Shown in pieces: positions 29,490 to 44,289 of a DNA stretch of 64,000 nucleotides (the stretch's first letter is position 1; each line of letters begins with the position of its first letter). A program made the position numbers and the translations under genes. The notes beneath the pieces are model-generated. The model saw only the letters and a list, made by a program, of their open reading frames with translations, did not search any database and had not been told where the DNA came from. The stretch lies in contig OZ024753.1 in assembly GCA_964016885.1 (NCBI GenBank), forward strand, positions 1,612,001 to 1,676,000. Reading direction: 5' to 3'. The DNA comes from Eledone cirrhosa. Taxonomy: Eukaryota.

Positions 29490-29649
29490 CAGTGGTTCTC
29501 AACCGGGTTCCACATGGACCCTGGGGGGGGGGGGTTCATGTAATATTCCTGGGGCCCACAGGCAAAAAATATTCTTTTGTCAAACAGCTATGAGGGTGTC
29601 CACCCCCACAAAAAATAAGGGAAAAGGGGTCTAAGGTTGAGAACCACTG
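29490..29649. mobile_element. hAT (Charlie-like) MITE
   Basis: TIRs CAGTGGTTCTCAACC/GGTTGAGAACCACTG; 8-bp TSD ATTTAGAT/GTTTAGAT. Confidence 0.9.
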
Positions 29650-29802
29650 GTTTAGATGGACAGTCCAATTCCAAATGTAGATCAACATTGATTAATATAC
29701 TCTTGACTTGTAACATATTTAGACATTTGTATCAGCCATACAAATTCGAATACGTATAGCTAGAAGTGACACAAATACACCTTCATACACGCACACACGC
29801 AT

Positions 29803-29841
<39 letters not shown>

Positions 29842-29918
29842 ACGAAGGAAATGTGGTAAGGAACCAGGTGGACCATAACGCACCAAAGTACTCAATACTT
29901 GAGGTAGTAGAGTGGGTA

Positions 29919-30026
29919 ATAGGAACCAGTAAGACCCCGACAGCTGAGCTCAAGCCGTTTCGACGGCTAAATCCCAGAATTAGCCGTCGAAACGGCTTGA
30001 GCTCAGCTGTCGGGGTCTTACTGGTT

Positions 30027-30031
<5 letters not shown>
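29919..30031. repeat. Perfect palindrome with 52-bp arms (fold-back of the 15.6-kb family)
   Basis: 9-nt loop ATCCCAGAA at 29971-29979. Confidence 0.95.
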
Positions 30032-30070
<39 letters not shown>

Positions 30071-30165
30071 CTCTCTGTGCCAGTGGTTTGTACCTCGGAT
30101 CAGTTAGCAGTAAATAATTATTGCAAAAATATGGCAACTCGGCCTTTAACAACTTTTCTCTTTCT

Positions 30166-30216
<51 letters not shown>

Positions 30217-30349
30217 TTGTGGAACCAACCAAGCAACCAACCGGAAATTTATAAATTCCTAAATTTATAAATTTATTATAATAAATTGAAGTGAAAGCAA
30301 CTGGTGCGTGTGTTTCTTATTGGCAACATGACCCTCCCAAAGTATAACA

Positions 30350-32127
<1,778 letters not shown>

Positions 32128-32381
32128 TTTGATGGTCTTTATTCTCTCTCGTTCACGATTTCACCGAACTTATATTCATAGAAATCTGGGACTTGACTCT
32201 TTCTTCCTCACTTTTCGTTGCATTACCATCTTTGATTGTTTACAGTCTCGCTCGTTCCCCTTATTTACGTGTCCCAACGACTTTCTTTAGCCGTTGCTCG
32301 CACCAACCGGAGGTATATGGTCTTTAAAGCGATGAAATACCAATGAAGGTTGGAAGATCACCGATGAAGGACTAACTTTAT

Positions 32382-32426
<45 letters not shown>

Positions 32427-32644
32427 TACATATATATACACACACACACATACATACACAAACACCACCTTCAGCCCTCCCCGCTCACCACGCTTCCCTC
32501 TCCCTACTCCACCACCCCTACACGCCCCACCACTTGTTTATCTTTATGTTTATCCCTTCCACCGTTTTCTCCCCCCCCCCTTTTTCCTAAATGTTTCTCC
32601 ACCACTTCCCCACACACCCTCGGAACAGTCTTCTCTACCAATTT

Positions 32645-32710
32645 TCTCCTGAGGAAGGCCTTATCCCCGAAACGCCCCCCCCCCCCACTCAAGAGCGTGA
32701 AACTAATAAA
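32645..32710 (+). ncRNA. Decayed hammerhead-like motif plus AATAAA
   Basis: CUGAGGA A ggccuuaucccc GAAA CGC, interrupted by a poly-C run, then UC AAGAG. The downstream GCGTGAAACTAATAA is shared (reverse complement) with 4240-4257 and about 39845-39860. Confidence 0.4.
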
Positions 32711-33085
32711 CCTTTGTTTGTACTGCCTCTCTGTTTTCGTTCCCGTTCCAATTTTCACTATATATATATATATATATATATGCACTGACAGTAAAATTCC
32801 GTGCTCAATCGTATACATTACATAATAAATTACTGCAATTCATCAAAGAGAAAAATTGTTTTAGTTCAAGGCGAGGTTGTCACATTTTTGCAATAAGTAT
32901 TACTTACTGGTAACTGATACGAGGTACAAACCACTGGCAAATAGAGAAAATATATATATATATATGTGTAGAAGTTATATTTAAATTGTTGGGATACAAC
33001 AAGCATATATTTTTATAACTGATATAAAGCACTCAACAAATTATTGGAGTAAAAATACGATATATTAACAAATGGAAACTATATT

Positions 33086-33150
33086 TATTTCATTATACAT
33101 ATTTCAAGGACACCAAGTCAAATTATGGTGCGCTTTCATCAGATAAAATA
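33086..33150 (-). ncRNA. Minimal type I hammerhead ribozyme (family B paralog with a different stem II)
   Basis: Minus strand reads UAUUUUAU CUGAUGA AAGCGCACCA-uaauuugacu-UGGUGUCCUU GAAA U-AUGU-A UA AUGAAAUA. Flanks are homologous to 50540-50990. Confidence 0.85.
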
Positions 33151-35597
33151 TAATATAGATCAATTTTATAAATAAATATTGACATACCCTTAAAGAATGC
33201 GTCCATTTCTGTTGGAAGCTCCCGGATAGTGGGGTTATTAAATTTATTTAGTCTATTATGCAAATTAGTGTCGGATATGTTTAGATCACAGTAGATTTAA
33301 AATAAGCCGTTGGAGTATGGAAAAAGGAAAGAAAAAAAGAGAAAAAAGAAAAAAAGAGAAAAAAAGAAAAAAAAAGAAAAAAAGAGAAAAAAAGAGAAAA
33401 AAAGAGAAAAAAAGAGAAAAAAAAGAGAAAAAAAGAGAAAAAAAAGAAAAAAGAGAAAAAAAAGAAAAAAAGAGAAAAAAGAGAAAAAAAGAGAAAACAC
33501 GAAAAAAAAAGAAAAAAAAGAAAAAAGAGAAAAAAGAGAAAAAAGAAAAAAAAGAGCAAACTCTAAGAGGAAAATAAGAAAACAAGAGATATATATATAT
33601 AAAAGCTGCGGTGCTGGGGCTAGGGATATCACAATTCAGTGTAGTACTCTAGAAATGGGAAGATGCAAAGTGAATGGAAAGGAAGCTAAAAACCCGACTG
33701 CGACGTCTCTTCTATCACCTTGTCTCCTCCCGAGAAATACGTAACTACAGGTTCGGTTAAAATCTCTACTGTTTGTGTACAGCTAAGAATATATAGTATA
33801 CTTCTGTTATTTAATGCACAATTTAATGGATTTCTATAAAACACACTCACACAAACACTCTCCCTTTTTCTCTCTTCTTCGCACACACATATAGAACGTA
33901 TATAAATGTATATAAAACTATGTATATTTAAATATTTAATACTTGACTATACAATCAAATAAACATTTCCATTCAAATGCGATATAAACTTCTGAATAAT
34001 AAATATCCTTCTATTATATAACAATAAACTTATATATTGTCCATAGAATCTGTTTATACAACCTTGTCTTTTAAGAAAGATGCGCTCCGTTTTCAAGAAA
34101 GTCTTTATTTATTATCCACAGAAAGGCCATGTGATGTAAGTTTAGAAAGGTCAGCTGACATAAAACTTCTACTTTTCACTTAAGCTGGGTTAAAATGTTT
34201 CATATAATGAATATAGCTGGCAGCAATATCAGCAAAATTTCCCTTCAAGATTTCCGGAGGCAGAAAACCTATTGTAGATCATATAAATTGAAAGCTAAAT
34301 GAATCATATCCCTACCATATAGGTGGTAGACTGACAGAGTTAATACCTTCAGGCAATGACGGTAGCAAATGAGGTGTGTAACATGTGCTTTTCAATCAGA
34401 ATCTATAAAGTATATTTCAAGCTAGATGCCAACTCTTACGAACATTCATAATGAAAGCTAATAGTTACAGTATATAAACATAAATTAAATGTCATATACA
34501 AGAATTTGTTTGTATGAAATAATTTTATAAAATCATTGGAGCTCCATTTTACTCTTCGACGAAAAACAGTTTAAGAATTGAACGACTAAGCATGTTTGTT
34601 TTATATTACAAGAAAAATGTATCCAAAATGAACAGTTTGAAGGTGAAGTAAACACGAAGTCGAATGGATGCTCTCGTGTCATAAAACAGCTATATTTTGA
34701 TCAGGGCGCTGTTTTATCTTTGGACTGTATTTGAAGAATGCAAAGAAAGCCATAACAAACACTGCAAAGCATTCTATTAGATGTTCTAATGATTCTGCGA
34801 ATACACCGCTTGGATATTCTTTATGCATATAGAAATCATCTCAAAATCTTAAATCGAAGCGCTTGAATAAGTATTTGATACTTTTCCACAAGATTTTTGA
34901 AAATGTTTTTCTTTCGAAAGGTCTTCGAGCAAATGGAATAAAATACAATGTTAGTAATGTCACTCTACTCTAAAGCTATCCAGATAGATATATAGCCTTT
35001 GTGTGAGTTTGTATACAAATTGTAAATGAATACAAGTGTAGATCGATCCCAATGGCGTTAAAGCAAAGATTTTATGTCTACTTCAATAGTTATAACACAA
35101 AGTTTGGCATCTATTTTACAAAATAACACTCAATCATTATTATGCAAAAGTCGGTGGATTAGCAGTATCGGTAGAGGGTCGGACGCCATGCTTTCCAGCA
35201 TAGTTATGTCCCCTTACGATCTGAGTTCAAATCTCGCCGAGGTTGACTTGGCCTTTCATCCTTACGGGGTCGATAAAATAAAGTACCAGTAATGCACTGG
35301 GTAATTGCTGGCCTTGTGCCTAAAGTAGAAACAATTATTATGCTAAAGTCTCCTATTAGATATAATATATTAATTTGTTGGGTTATACTTTTTGTCACAA
35401 TATATGGCATATAAATCTTAAATTAATTCACTTATTTTGAGGATGGTTTTAATAATCAAAACTTCCAGAACATAATTAAATTTTATCTTATAAATGAAAT
35501 AATTAAAACATTAACAATTATTTTGATGGAAAATACGCTATATCACGCAGTTTATAGAGAGAGAGAGAGAGAGAGAGAACAACAGAAAATATAACTA

Positions 35598-35663
35598 CTC
35601 CATTACCAAAGGTTTCTGGATCCCAGGCAATATTAATATGTCTGGATCGGTCGTCAGACAGAG
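35598..35663 (-). ncRNA. Type I hammerhead ribozyme (CUGACGA core), left arm of palindrome
   Basis: Mirror copy with a better stem I (CUCUGU/AUGGAG). Confidence 0.65.
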
Positions 35664-35673
35664 ATGTTAACCT

Positions 35674-35739
35674 CTTTGTCTGACGACCGATCCAGACATA
35701 TTATTATTGCCTGGGATCCAGAAACCTTTGGTAATGGAG
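35674..35739 (+). ncRNA. Type I hammerhead ribozyme (CUGACGA core), right arm of palindrome
   Basis: CUUUGU CUGACGA [stem II, GAUCC..GGAUC] GAAA CC-UUU-GG UA AUGGAG. Confidence 0.6.
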
Positions 35740-35832
35740 TAGTTATATTTTGTGTTGTTCACTTTCTAATTAAATAGCTCTGTTTTATACATAGAGCACT
35801 CTTTTTTCCTTTGCTTTTTCTTCGGAATTACC

Positions 35833-35875
<43 letters not shown>

Positions 35876-37254
35876 CACTAATATGTATATATATATATAT
35901 GAATACGCATTTCTCACTTCCCACAGATACGACAAAACTCCAAAGCAAAATGTTCAAGGCCAGCTGAAGCTGTGTAGGTAGCATAGCAACACATTTCTCT
36001 AACCAGAAAACAATATAAAACGAATGCAGTTGCTGAGAGGTACATCGAGTTCACCGAGAATACATTTTAAACTAGATACACAAAGCACACCTATACATTG
36101 AGATCTTAAAGTAAGTGTATTGTCAGGACTCTTTCGAAATACATTTGGCTTCTAAACGACAAAAGACAGAAGAGAAAGTCTCACCACGATAAATGAAATG
36201 TTGTTGCGAATTTTAAAAAATACAACAGTCACGGTAGCCCTTGTCCACTATGTGTATCAGAAAATCTCAAGATTCTAACTATTCAGCAGCATGATAAACA
36301 AGAGTAAAAAAATATTTTCTTGTAGACGGAAACTTTATAGATGCCCATCGGAAGAAAAGTACATGCAATTGAAAGTGCCAGCCTTATCCCAGTGTCACGT
36401 TGAATCTTCCCGCGGATTACGTTAAGGGTACACATCTCTGTGGAATGCTCAGCCACTTAGACGTTAATTTCAAGTGTTGGTTGATCCATTGTTCGAACAA
36501 CTGGAACACTCATCGTCTAAATCGACGAAGGTTCATTTCAGTTTTAAGAGAGGAAAAATAACGGTGCTGGTGAGTTACCATGTAATGTTTAAGAGATGTA
36601 CTTGTCTAGATCTTTGGAAGACTCCCGGATGGTCTGTGCCTATAATTCAAAGGGTCAGATTTCTCACACTGAATGTCTTTGAAAATAAAGTTATGGTTAT
36701 ATGAGTCTATGGAATTCTCAGAAACTTATATCTTAATTCCACAAGCAAGCTGTACCATTGATTGAACAACCGCATCACACATCGTTGAAACTCCCGGAGG
36801 TCTATTTCATGAAAGATACTGAGTCAGAAATTCTACAACTTTCTATTTCTTCAATATTTCTAACATGAATTTATCACCTGAAATTAATGGCTTGGTTTGT
36901 GAAGTTGTTGATTGTTGTTAGAGATACGTTTTTATATTATCTGTTTTTATTAGACTATGATTCACTGTAATAAAATTTTCTTGCAGTTTTCTTTTCAGTC
37001 AATTAAGTCTCTGTTATTATAATAGATGTGTATTCTAACATACACATCTATTATTTAGCGGCATTTGTTTATCTTGGAAATTATTTTTTTTGTAATGTGT
37101 CTTTTGTGGAAAACACTCAAAATAGTTTCTTGGATTTAAAATGTTTTCTGTCTAAGTATACAATTAGTGATTGTATGAATTTATAGTCAGGGAATCAGCT
37201 GCTTCTTTTGTAGGATATGTATATATGTACGTATCTAAGTCTAAAGTATGTTTC

Positions 37255-37506
37255 AAGCCCGGTGCTTATCCCGGTTTCCATGGCGTCAAGCGACTGAAAG
37301 TACAATACTCACCCTGGACAGGACGCCAGACTATCGCAGGGTTAAAAAACTCCCAGCTATTGCTGTTACTCATTTTCAGTTGCGTATACTGGAGCAACAT
37401 GAAATGAAGTGTTTTGCTCAAGAACACAACACCCAGCCCAGTCCAGGAATTGAACCCACAACGTTATGGTCCTAAGTGCAACACTCTTACCACTAAGCCA
37501 TGTGCT
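37255..37506 (-). mobile_element. tRNA-derived SINE family 2 (V-domain-like)
   Basis: Head GCACATGGCTTAGTGGT..GGTTCAATTCC; body CCTGCGAT..CTGGCGTCCTGTCCAGGG. Copy at 44985-45230 (-) and head fragment at 14030-14095 (+). Confidence 0.75.
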
Positions 37507-37552
37507 TTATATATATAAATTTTTAATACTATTTATATATATATATGTAATA

Positions 37553-38125
37553 CTATTTAACTATTAACTAGTCAAATAATTGGGCTTATAAACCACAGGT
37601 AATGGAAACAGGTGGACAGAAACTTTCGCTTTCTCTTTCACTTGTGGCCCGAAGAAATAAGGGCAGACAACTGTTTCTTGAAATGTCTGGAACCAAATGC
37701 CATATTTTATATGCTGTAATAAACGTGAATAGTATGAATTTAAATATTATTCGTATGAATTGAAACTTGGCTGTATTAATTTATCCTACAGTCATACATC
37801 AATGATTTTTCAGAAAATATACTGATATGTTGAAGTTCTTGTACGCGCTTGGTCGCCATACCTTACTAAATAATTATGCATATAAAATACTTATGCATTG
37901 AACATCTTGTACAAAAAGTCTTCATTCATAAATTTATATATAAATAATATTTGAATTCATACTATTCACGTTTATTACAGCATATAAAATATGGCATTTG
38001 GTTCCAGACATTTCAAGAAAAAGTTGTCTGCCCTTATAATTTCTTCGGGCCACAAGTGAAAGCGAAAGTGTTTCCATTACCCGTGGTTTATAAGCCCAAA
38101 TTATTTGACTAGTTTATAGTTAAAT
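37553..38125. repeat. Inverted repeat, ~190-bp arms and ~190-bp spacer
   Basis: About 37553-37752 vs 37943-38125, reverse complementary with small indels. Confidence 0.9.
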
Positions 38126-38774
38126 CTGCGTAGCAGCAGCTTGCAATAAGCTAACATACTTTAACAAAATTTAAATTACGTTTTCATAAAAACATTAAAT
38201 CAATACAGAACAGGAGTGACGGGTAGACACTATAAAGCATACAGTATATCGTTGGTTTCACCAAAATTTCATTAATGATTAATATGAGCGAAGAATAGAT
38301 ATCAGTTATCCGAATTTAAGGAATGTTAGTAGAAAGCAGAGCGATCAGCTGCAAATAAAACAGAAATAATGTTTCTGTGAAATAAGATGCATTCTAATCG
38401 TATTTGAATATATCGTAATTGTGGAGAGTATATAAATTCAGGCAACACTTACACATGGATGTATACGAAAAAAAATTATCAAATGAAAATTTCATTGTAA
38501 GTCAAGTGTTTCTAAAGCAAATTACCTCTTATCCAGACCTGTCAGCTCTCCCACCCACTTTGGGGTGGGTGAGAGATGTCTTCTCTTGTGTAAATGGCTA
38601 GACCTTTCATTATGTAAAATCTTCCCATTTTGCCTAATTTCTCCTCGTTGTCGAGCACTTTTTTTTCACTGTACTCTCTGTTTGGGCTTTTAGAGGTTGG
38701 CAGGTCTGTCTTAACCCCTCCCTCCATTGTATAAGATGCCAAGTATAAAAGTAAAACTATTTTAATGTAAACTG

Positions 38775-38918
38775 ACATGGCCAGTCATCTCCAAAGATTC
38801 TGGTATTGAAATCCAGGACTTGGCAACGGCAATGAACGACAGACCCACGTAGAGATCATTTGTTGAGTCCATTTCGGCTGAGGCCGCTGGATGATCGTGA
38901 TGATGATGATGATGATGA
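38775..38918 (+). mobile_element. LINE 3' end (RTE-like) with (TGA)n tail
   Basis: ISKDSGIEIQDLATAMNDR..RSFVESI then a TGA repeat. Confidence 0.55.
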
Positions 38919-39510
38919 CTATGCAGATCGCAGACGCAAACCAGAGCGCAACAGGAAATAATTGGTAACCACATTGTGACACATCAAACCGTCTGTTACT
39001 ATGGTTGAAATTTGCAAATAGGTTTACACCTACTTTAGTAGCATATGGTATAAGACGAGAATTCCTATGAGAAGCTGCTCAGGAAATGCTCCAACGAAAT
39101 AACCACCCACTCTAATATATCTACGGATGTATCTCTCTCTCTCTCTACACACACACATATATATATATTTAGGAGTATATAGATTAATATATGCACACAA
39201 ATGAAAAGAATACTAAATACACGTAGAACATTATATGCATTTATTAGGAGACACTCCGACAAGCAATATAGTAACTCATTAGCTGTACAATTACACACTT
39301 GTGTGCGTGTGTATATATATATGTGCGTACTGAATCATATATACACATAATACAATTAAGATCATAAAGAAAGGTGATGTACAAGATAAGTTTATGCCCA
39401 CACATCTTCAGCCTCATCAGCTCTCAAACCAGAAAAATGGTTTCGCACGATTTATATATACATAAACATATATTTAGAAATGTATTAAAATACATTTTTT
39501 GAAAATGCGT

Positions 39511-39706
39511 TTAACGTAAGGTTAATAACTTCAAATATCTAACGTTCGTATATCAAAAATATGCATACATACGTACATACATAAATATATATATATATGT
39601 GTGTGTGTGTATTTATGTTTTTATGGATGTATTTATGTATGTACGTATGTATGCATATTTTTGATAATCGAACGTTCGATATTTTAAGTTATTAACCTTA
39701 AGTTAA
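39511..39706. repeat. Imperfect inverted repeat around a TA/GT tract
   Basis: TAAGGTTAATAACTT...CATACGTACATACATAAATA vs TATTTATGTATGTACGTATG...AAGTTATTAACCTTA. Confidence 0.85.
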
Positions 39707-39919
39707 TATATGTGACTATATAATATAAATATATATATATGTGTATATATATAATATAAATATGTATGTATGTGTATAGTTCAAGGTCAACAACATTTAG
39801 AAAATAGTAAAAACAAACGCGGAGATTACAGAATGATTAATTACATTAGTTTAACGCTTAAATGGAAACAGGAAAATATATGACTGCCTTAATGGTTTCA
39901 ACCATTATTTCTTCGCCAG

Positions 39920-39921
39920 AA

Positions 39922-39952
<31 letters not shown>

Positions 39953-39977
39953 AGAGGAGAGAGGAGAGAGGAGAGAG

Positions 39978-40008
<31 letters not shown>

Positions 40009-40943
40009 CAGAGAGAGAGACAGAGAGAGAGACAGAGAGAGAGACAGAGAGAGACAGAGAGAGAGACAGAGAGAGGGACAGAGAGAGGGACAGAGAGAGA
40101 GAGAGAGAGAGGGACAGAGAGAGAGAGAGAGGGGGGACAGAGAGAGAGAGGGGGGACAGAGAGAGAGGGGGGACAGAGAGAGAAAGTGGGACAGAGAGAG
40201 AGAGTGGGACAGAGAGAGAGAGTGGGACAGAGAGAGAGAGGGGGGGACAGAGAGAGAGAGGGGGGGACAGAGAGAGAGAGGGGGGGGGCAGAGAGAGAGG
40301 GGGGACAGAGAGAGAGAGAGGGGGACAGAGAGAGAGAGAGAGGGGGACAGAGAGAGAGAGAGGGGGACAGAGAGAGAGAGAGGGGGACAGAGAGAGAGAG
40401 AGAGGGGGACAGAGAGAGAGAGAGAGGGACAGAGAGAGGGGGACAGAGAGAGGGACAGAGAGAGAGAGAGAGAGAGAGGGTGATAGAGAGAGAGAGAGGG
40501 AGGGAGAGAGGGAGAGAGAGGGAGAGGGGGAGAAAGAGAGGGGGAAAGAGAGAGTGTGGGGGACAGAGAGAGAGGGGGACAGAGAGTGTGGGGGACAGAG
40601 AGAGAGGGGGACAGAGAGGGGGACAGAGAGTGTGGGGGACAGAGAGAGAGTGGGAGAGAGAGACAGAGAGAGAGAGAGACAGAGAGATAGAGAGAGAGAG
40701 AGAGGGGGACAGAGAGTGTGGGGGACAGAGAGTGTGGGGAACAGAGAGAGAGGGGGACAGAGAGAGAGGGGGACAGAGAGAGAGGGGGACAGAGAGAGAG
40801 AGGGGGACAGAGAGAGAGGGGGACAGAGAGAGAGAGGGGGACAGAGAGAGATAGAATGGGGGACAGGGAGAGAGAGAGTGGGGGACAGGGAGAGTGGGGG
40901 ACAGAGAGAGAGAGTGGGAGAGAGAGTGGGAGAGAGAGAGAGT

Positions 40944-40979
<36 letters not shown>

Positions 40980-40980
40980 C

Positions 40981-41036
<56 letters not shown>

Positions 41037-41125
41037 GGAGAGAGAGAGAGTGAGAGAGAGAGAGAGAGGGAGAGAGAGAGGGGGGAGAGAGAGAGGGGAG
41101 ACAGAGAGATAGAGAGGAGAGAGAA
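39920..41125. repeat. (GA)n/GGGACA purine satellite
   Basis: Homopurine-rich array. A similar array lies at 55440-56275 and an (A)nG array at 33320-33555. Confidence 0.97.
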
Positions 41126-41639
41126 GAAAATAATGAGAACCAAGTGAAAACAGAAAGAGGAAGAATGGTGAGTATTAAATATAAAGAAGGAAAGAGAATG
41201 TGAAGTAGCATAGAATGAAATCAAGACATTGGGGACATCACAGACGTTGACTTTATACATTATCGACATTTATAGAATTTCAGACACTTCTAGATGAAAT
41301 TATCGCATTGTTGCTTTATAACAGAAAGGAACCCTCATGCTGAAGTTTATTGCGATCAGTGGGGCGCATGTGGCCGCCAACTACTTTTGTATAGCTTGCC
41401 ACAGAACAATTTTCATGATTAATATTTTCCTACAATTTGGTAATTTGTTTTGATAATATTTATAGAACAATTTGTTACAATTTCATTATGAAATAAAATA
41501 AAGTGGAATGGGAAAAAAGAATTTATCAAATGAAAAACGGAATTAAGGAAGATTTGACAGAGAAAATTTGTCCCCTAAAGTTTCTACTAATTTACATTAC
41601 CCACTTACTATTATATGTGTATTTATTTTGAAGAAATAA

Positions 41640-41985
41640 CTAAATAAATAACTAAGTTCTTCTTATCGTGTCCAGAAGAGTGTCAGTTACAAAGCTTGGC
41701 TAGATGAGGTTCTGTCACAGCCGAACACATTGCTGTCCTTTCTCATTAAACTCTGCCAAGTCCAATGCTGTGCAGGGGTGTTCCAGCAGGGGGCATATCA
41801 GGAGTTACTGCGTTGTCTGTGGTTCGATGTCGCTGTCACACACAATGTCCCCATCCTTTAAATATCCCCATTTTGCAAGAGTCACTTTTGCACGTCCAAC
41901 ACCAGATCTTAATCTGTTTAGGCATTTCCACACTGCATAGTTTGTATCTGCTCCAGGGGGCAGTGCCTCGCTCCCCTTTAGCTCA
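41640..41985 (-). mobile_element. Non-LTR retrotransposon C-terminal Cys-motif fragment
   Basis: Minus strand reads WKCLNRLRSGVGRAKVTLAKWG..VCD..QT..LLICP, then a short UTR and a (TTA)-like tail. Confidence 0.7.
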
Positions 41986-42942
41986 ATAAATAAATAACAA
42001 CCTATGAGCTGTATTGCAGATTAACATAACTGATGGAAATCATGTTTCCTCCTCATCAAAAGTGATACCTTGCATAATATTATTTTATCGTTTAGTTGCA
42101 ATACAAAGGGTAATGCCCATAAGCCCTTTGTATGGGCTCATTATAGTTTAGTACGAAGAAGTTATCTTTATACCGAAGATATGGCTCGAATGCTTGCAGT
42201 CGTGCAGATTCGACTGAAAGCGTCCAATGACCAGTTTGTGATTACAAGCGATTACAAAAGCGATTTCTAATTCGGGCACAAGACCGGAAATTTGTGAGAG
42301 TCGATTGTATCGATCCCGGTACAAGACTGGTAATTCATTTTATCGACCCAATAAAGATGAAAAACAAAGTTGACCACAGTGCGGTTTGAACTCATTAAAC
42401 TAAGAACCGGTAAAATGAACTCCTTAGGGATCATGGCTCCGTGTTGTACAGGGACTCAAGAAACGACCTTCTTTTAAAATAAGGAACTATGAAGGTCTAA
42501 TAAAGTCGACGAAGCGAAGGGCGTTCCTCTGTTTGACACTTTAAAAGTAGACTGTTACATTGTCACCCAGTATTTCCGACATTGTTCGATTTAGAAAGAG
42601 TGTTGGCAGGTTATCATAGCTTAAATTGTGATTAGCTTTCCGCTTTATCTTAAATTCATATGTACATGTATAAACACACACACACACACACACACGTTTG
42701 AGAAAAGTAAACGGAAAAATACAACAAACGATGAAGTAGAATGAAGATACATATGAGTTTGATGCTTAATATAGTAGGAAAAGTCTTAACGTTTTGGACG
42801 CTAGTTCTTCACCAGAAAATAGAACGGAAAATTAAAGAAGAAACAAACAGAGGAGGGTGAACAGGGGAAGAAACGAAACAACTTTATTCGAGAAAAAGCA
42901 CGTCCGTTATTTTCGACACCAATTGGAAAACTGAAATGTATA

Positions 42943-42980
<38 letters not shown>

Positions 42981-43004
42981 AGATTAAGGTGAGAAGGGAG
43001 CTCA

Positions 43005-43045
<41 letters not shown>

Positions 43046-43526
43046 GTTAGGCTGTTTACGAATGTGTAGAACCGGTGGCTCAGGTTGGTAAACGATGATG
43101 CAACAAATTAATCAAAGCACTCAACATTATGCAAACCATCCATCGTAGATGGGTATCCAGTGGTTGGTGCAGGAACGAAGTAAAGTATTCATTAAAACAG
43201 AAGGCCGGACTAGAAAATTTACTTTAGAATTTTAATTCTGCGAAAGCACTATAAATATTTCTATGGCCCAGCTCTATCATCAGATTATGATACAAGACCA
43301 GGCGATCTCATTAGGTGTTATTTGTAGAATTATGTAACAGGATTACATTGAATTCAAACATAGAATGGAAGATAGAAGATAGAACAAAAATAGAAGATAA
43401 TAAATAGAAAATAGTGGACCGATTCGATTCGGGGACATTTGGTGTTATATCGATAGCAGGCGGTTCAACTGTATTGGGAGTAGCCGTTTCAAAACTGCCC
43501 TTTTGATCGGGCACCAGAACAAAATT

Positions 43527-43562
<36 letters not shown>

Positions 43563-43569
<7 letters not shown>

Positions 43570-43808
43570 AAAAAAAGATGAAATCGAAAATGCAACTGGA
43601 GTCTTATTTTTAAAAAAAATTTATTTATTTGGTTCCTTTACCGGTTTCGCAGTTCTTCTGCTTTTCAAAAGTAGAGTTGAGATGGAGGGTCTGTGGTTTT
43701 TCTCATATCTGTGAGAAAAACCACACACCCTCCATCTAAATAAATATATATATTTAAAAAAAAATAAGACTCCAGTTGCATTTTCGATTTCATCTTTTTT
43801 TCTTTATA
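43563..43808. repeat. Element with terminal inverted repeats and an internal hairpin; second copy at 51198-51412
   Basis: AAATCGAAAATGCAACTGGAGTCTT...AAGACTCCAGTTGCATTTTCGATTT; internal GATGGAGGGT..GGTTTTTCTCA/TGAGAAAAACC..ACCCTCCATC. Confidence 0.9.
43635..43673 (-). ncRNA. Hammerhead-like fold with U3-A8 core (UUGAAAA)
   Basis: CUU UUGAAAA GCAG-aagaa-CUGC GAAA CCGG UA AAG. A second, decayed copy lies at about 51249-51288. Confidence 0.55.
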
Positions 43809-44099
43809 CTTCTACTCGTGTAGGACACCTCGGTTATTTTTCATTTCGTGAAAAAAACCTCACTTTCTAATACATATATATATATATATACATATATATA
43901 CATATATGTAAGTCCCGGGTTCAATTGTGGGTAACCACAGTAAGTAAGATACTCAATACATTAGTAGAGTGTATACAACAAATGTAATATAGAAATGGCT
44001 TCTACAAGACTACAATGGTTTCTAGTCTTGGGCTTTCCTGGTGATTTCTTTCGAATTAAACAGTTCTAGTCATATAGAAGACATTTCTATATTGAATTT

Positions 44100-44130
<31 letters not shown>

Positions 44131-44225
44131 GCTTTCTCCGTTTATGTATTTATATATATATATATATATATATAGCGAGAGGGCCAAGAAAAAAATCGCA
44201 ATCACTTTTGTGTATATGAATCATG

Positions 44226-44289
<64 letters not shown>

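Larger units (their letters stand above)
35577..35760. repeat. Near-perfect palindrome with ~90-bp arms and an HHR in each arm
   Basis: Centre GTTAAC at about 35666-35671. Confidence 0.95.

Noticed and set aside
37640-37700. Hammerhead within the 37.5-38.1-kb inverted repeat
   Set aside because: CCGAAGA...GAAA is present but there is no convincing stem I or stem III.
39862-41269. ER/LS-rich ORFs (also 55248-56331 and 33281-33744)
   Set aside because: Purine satellites; no evidence of coding.
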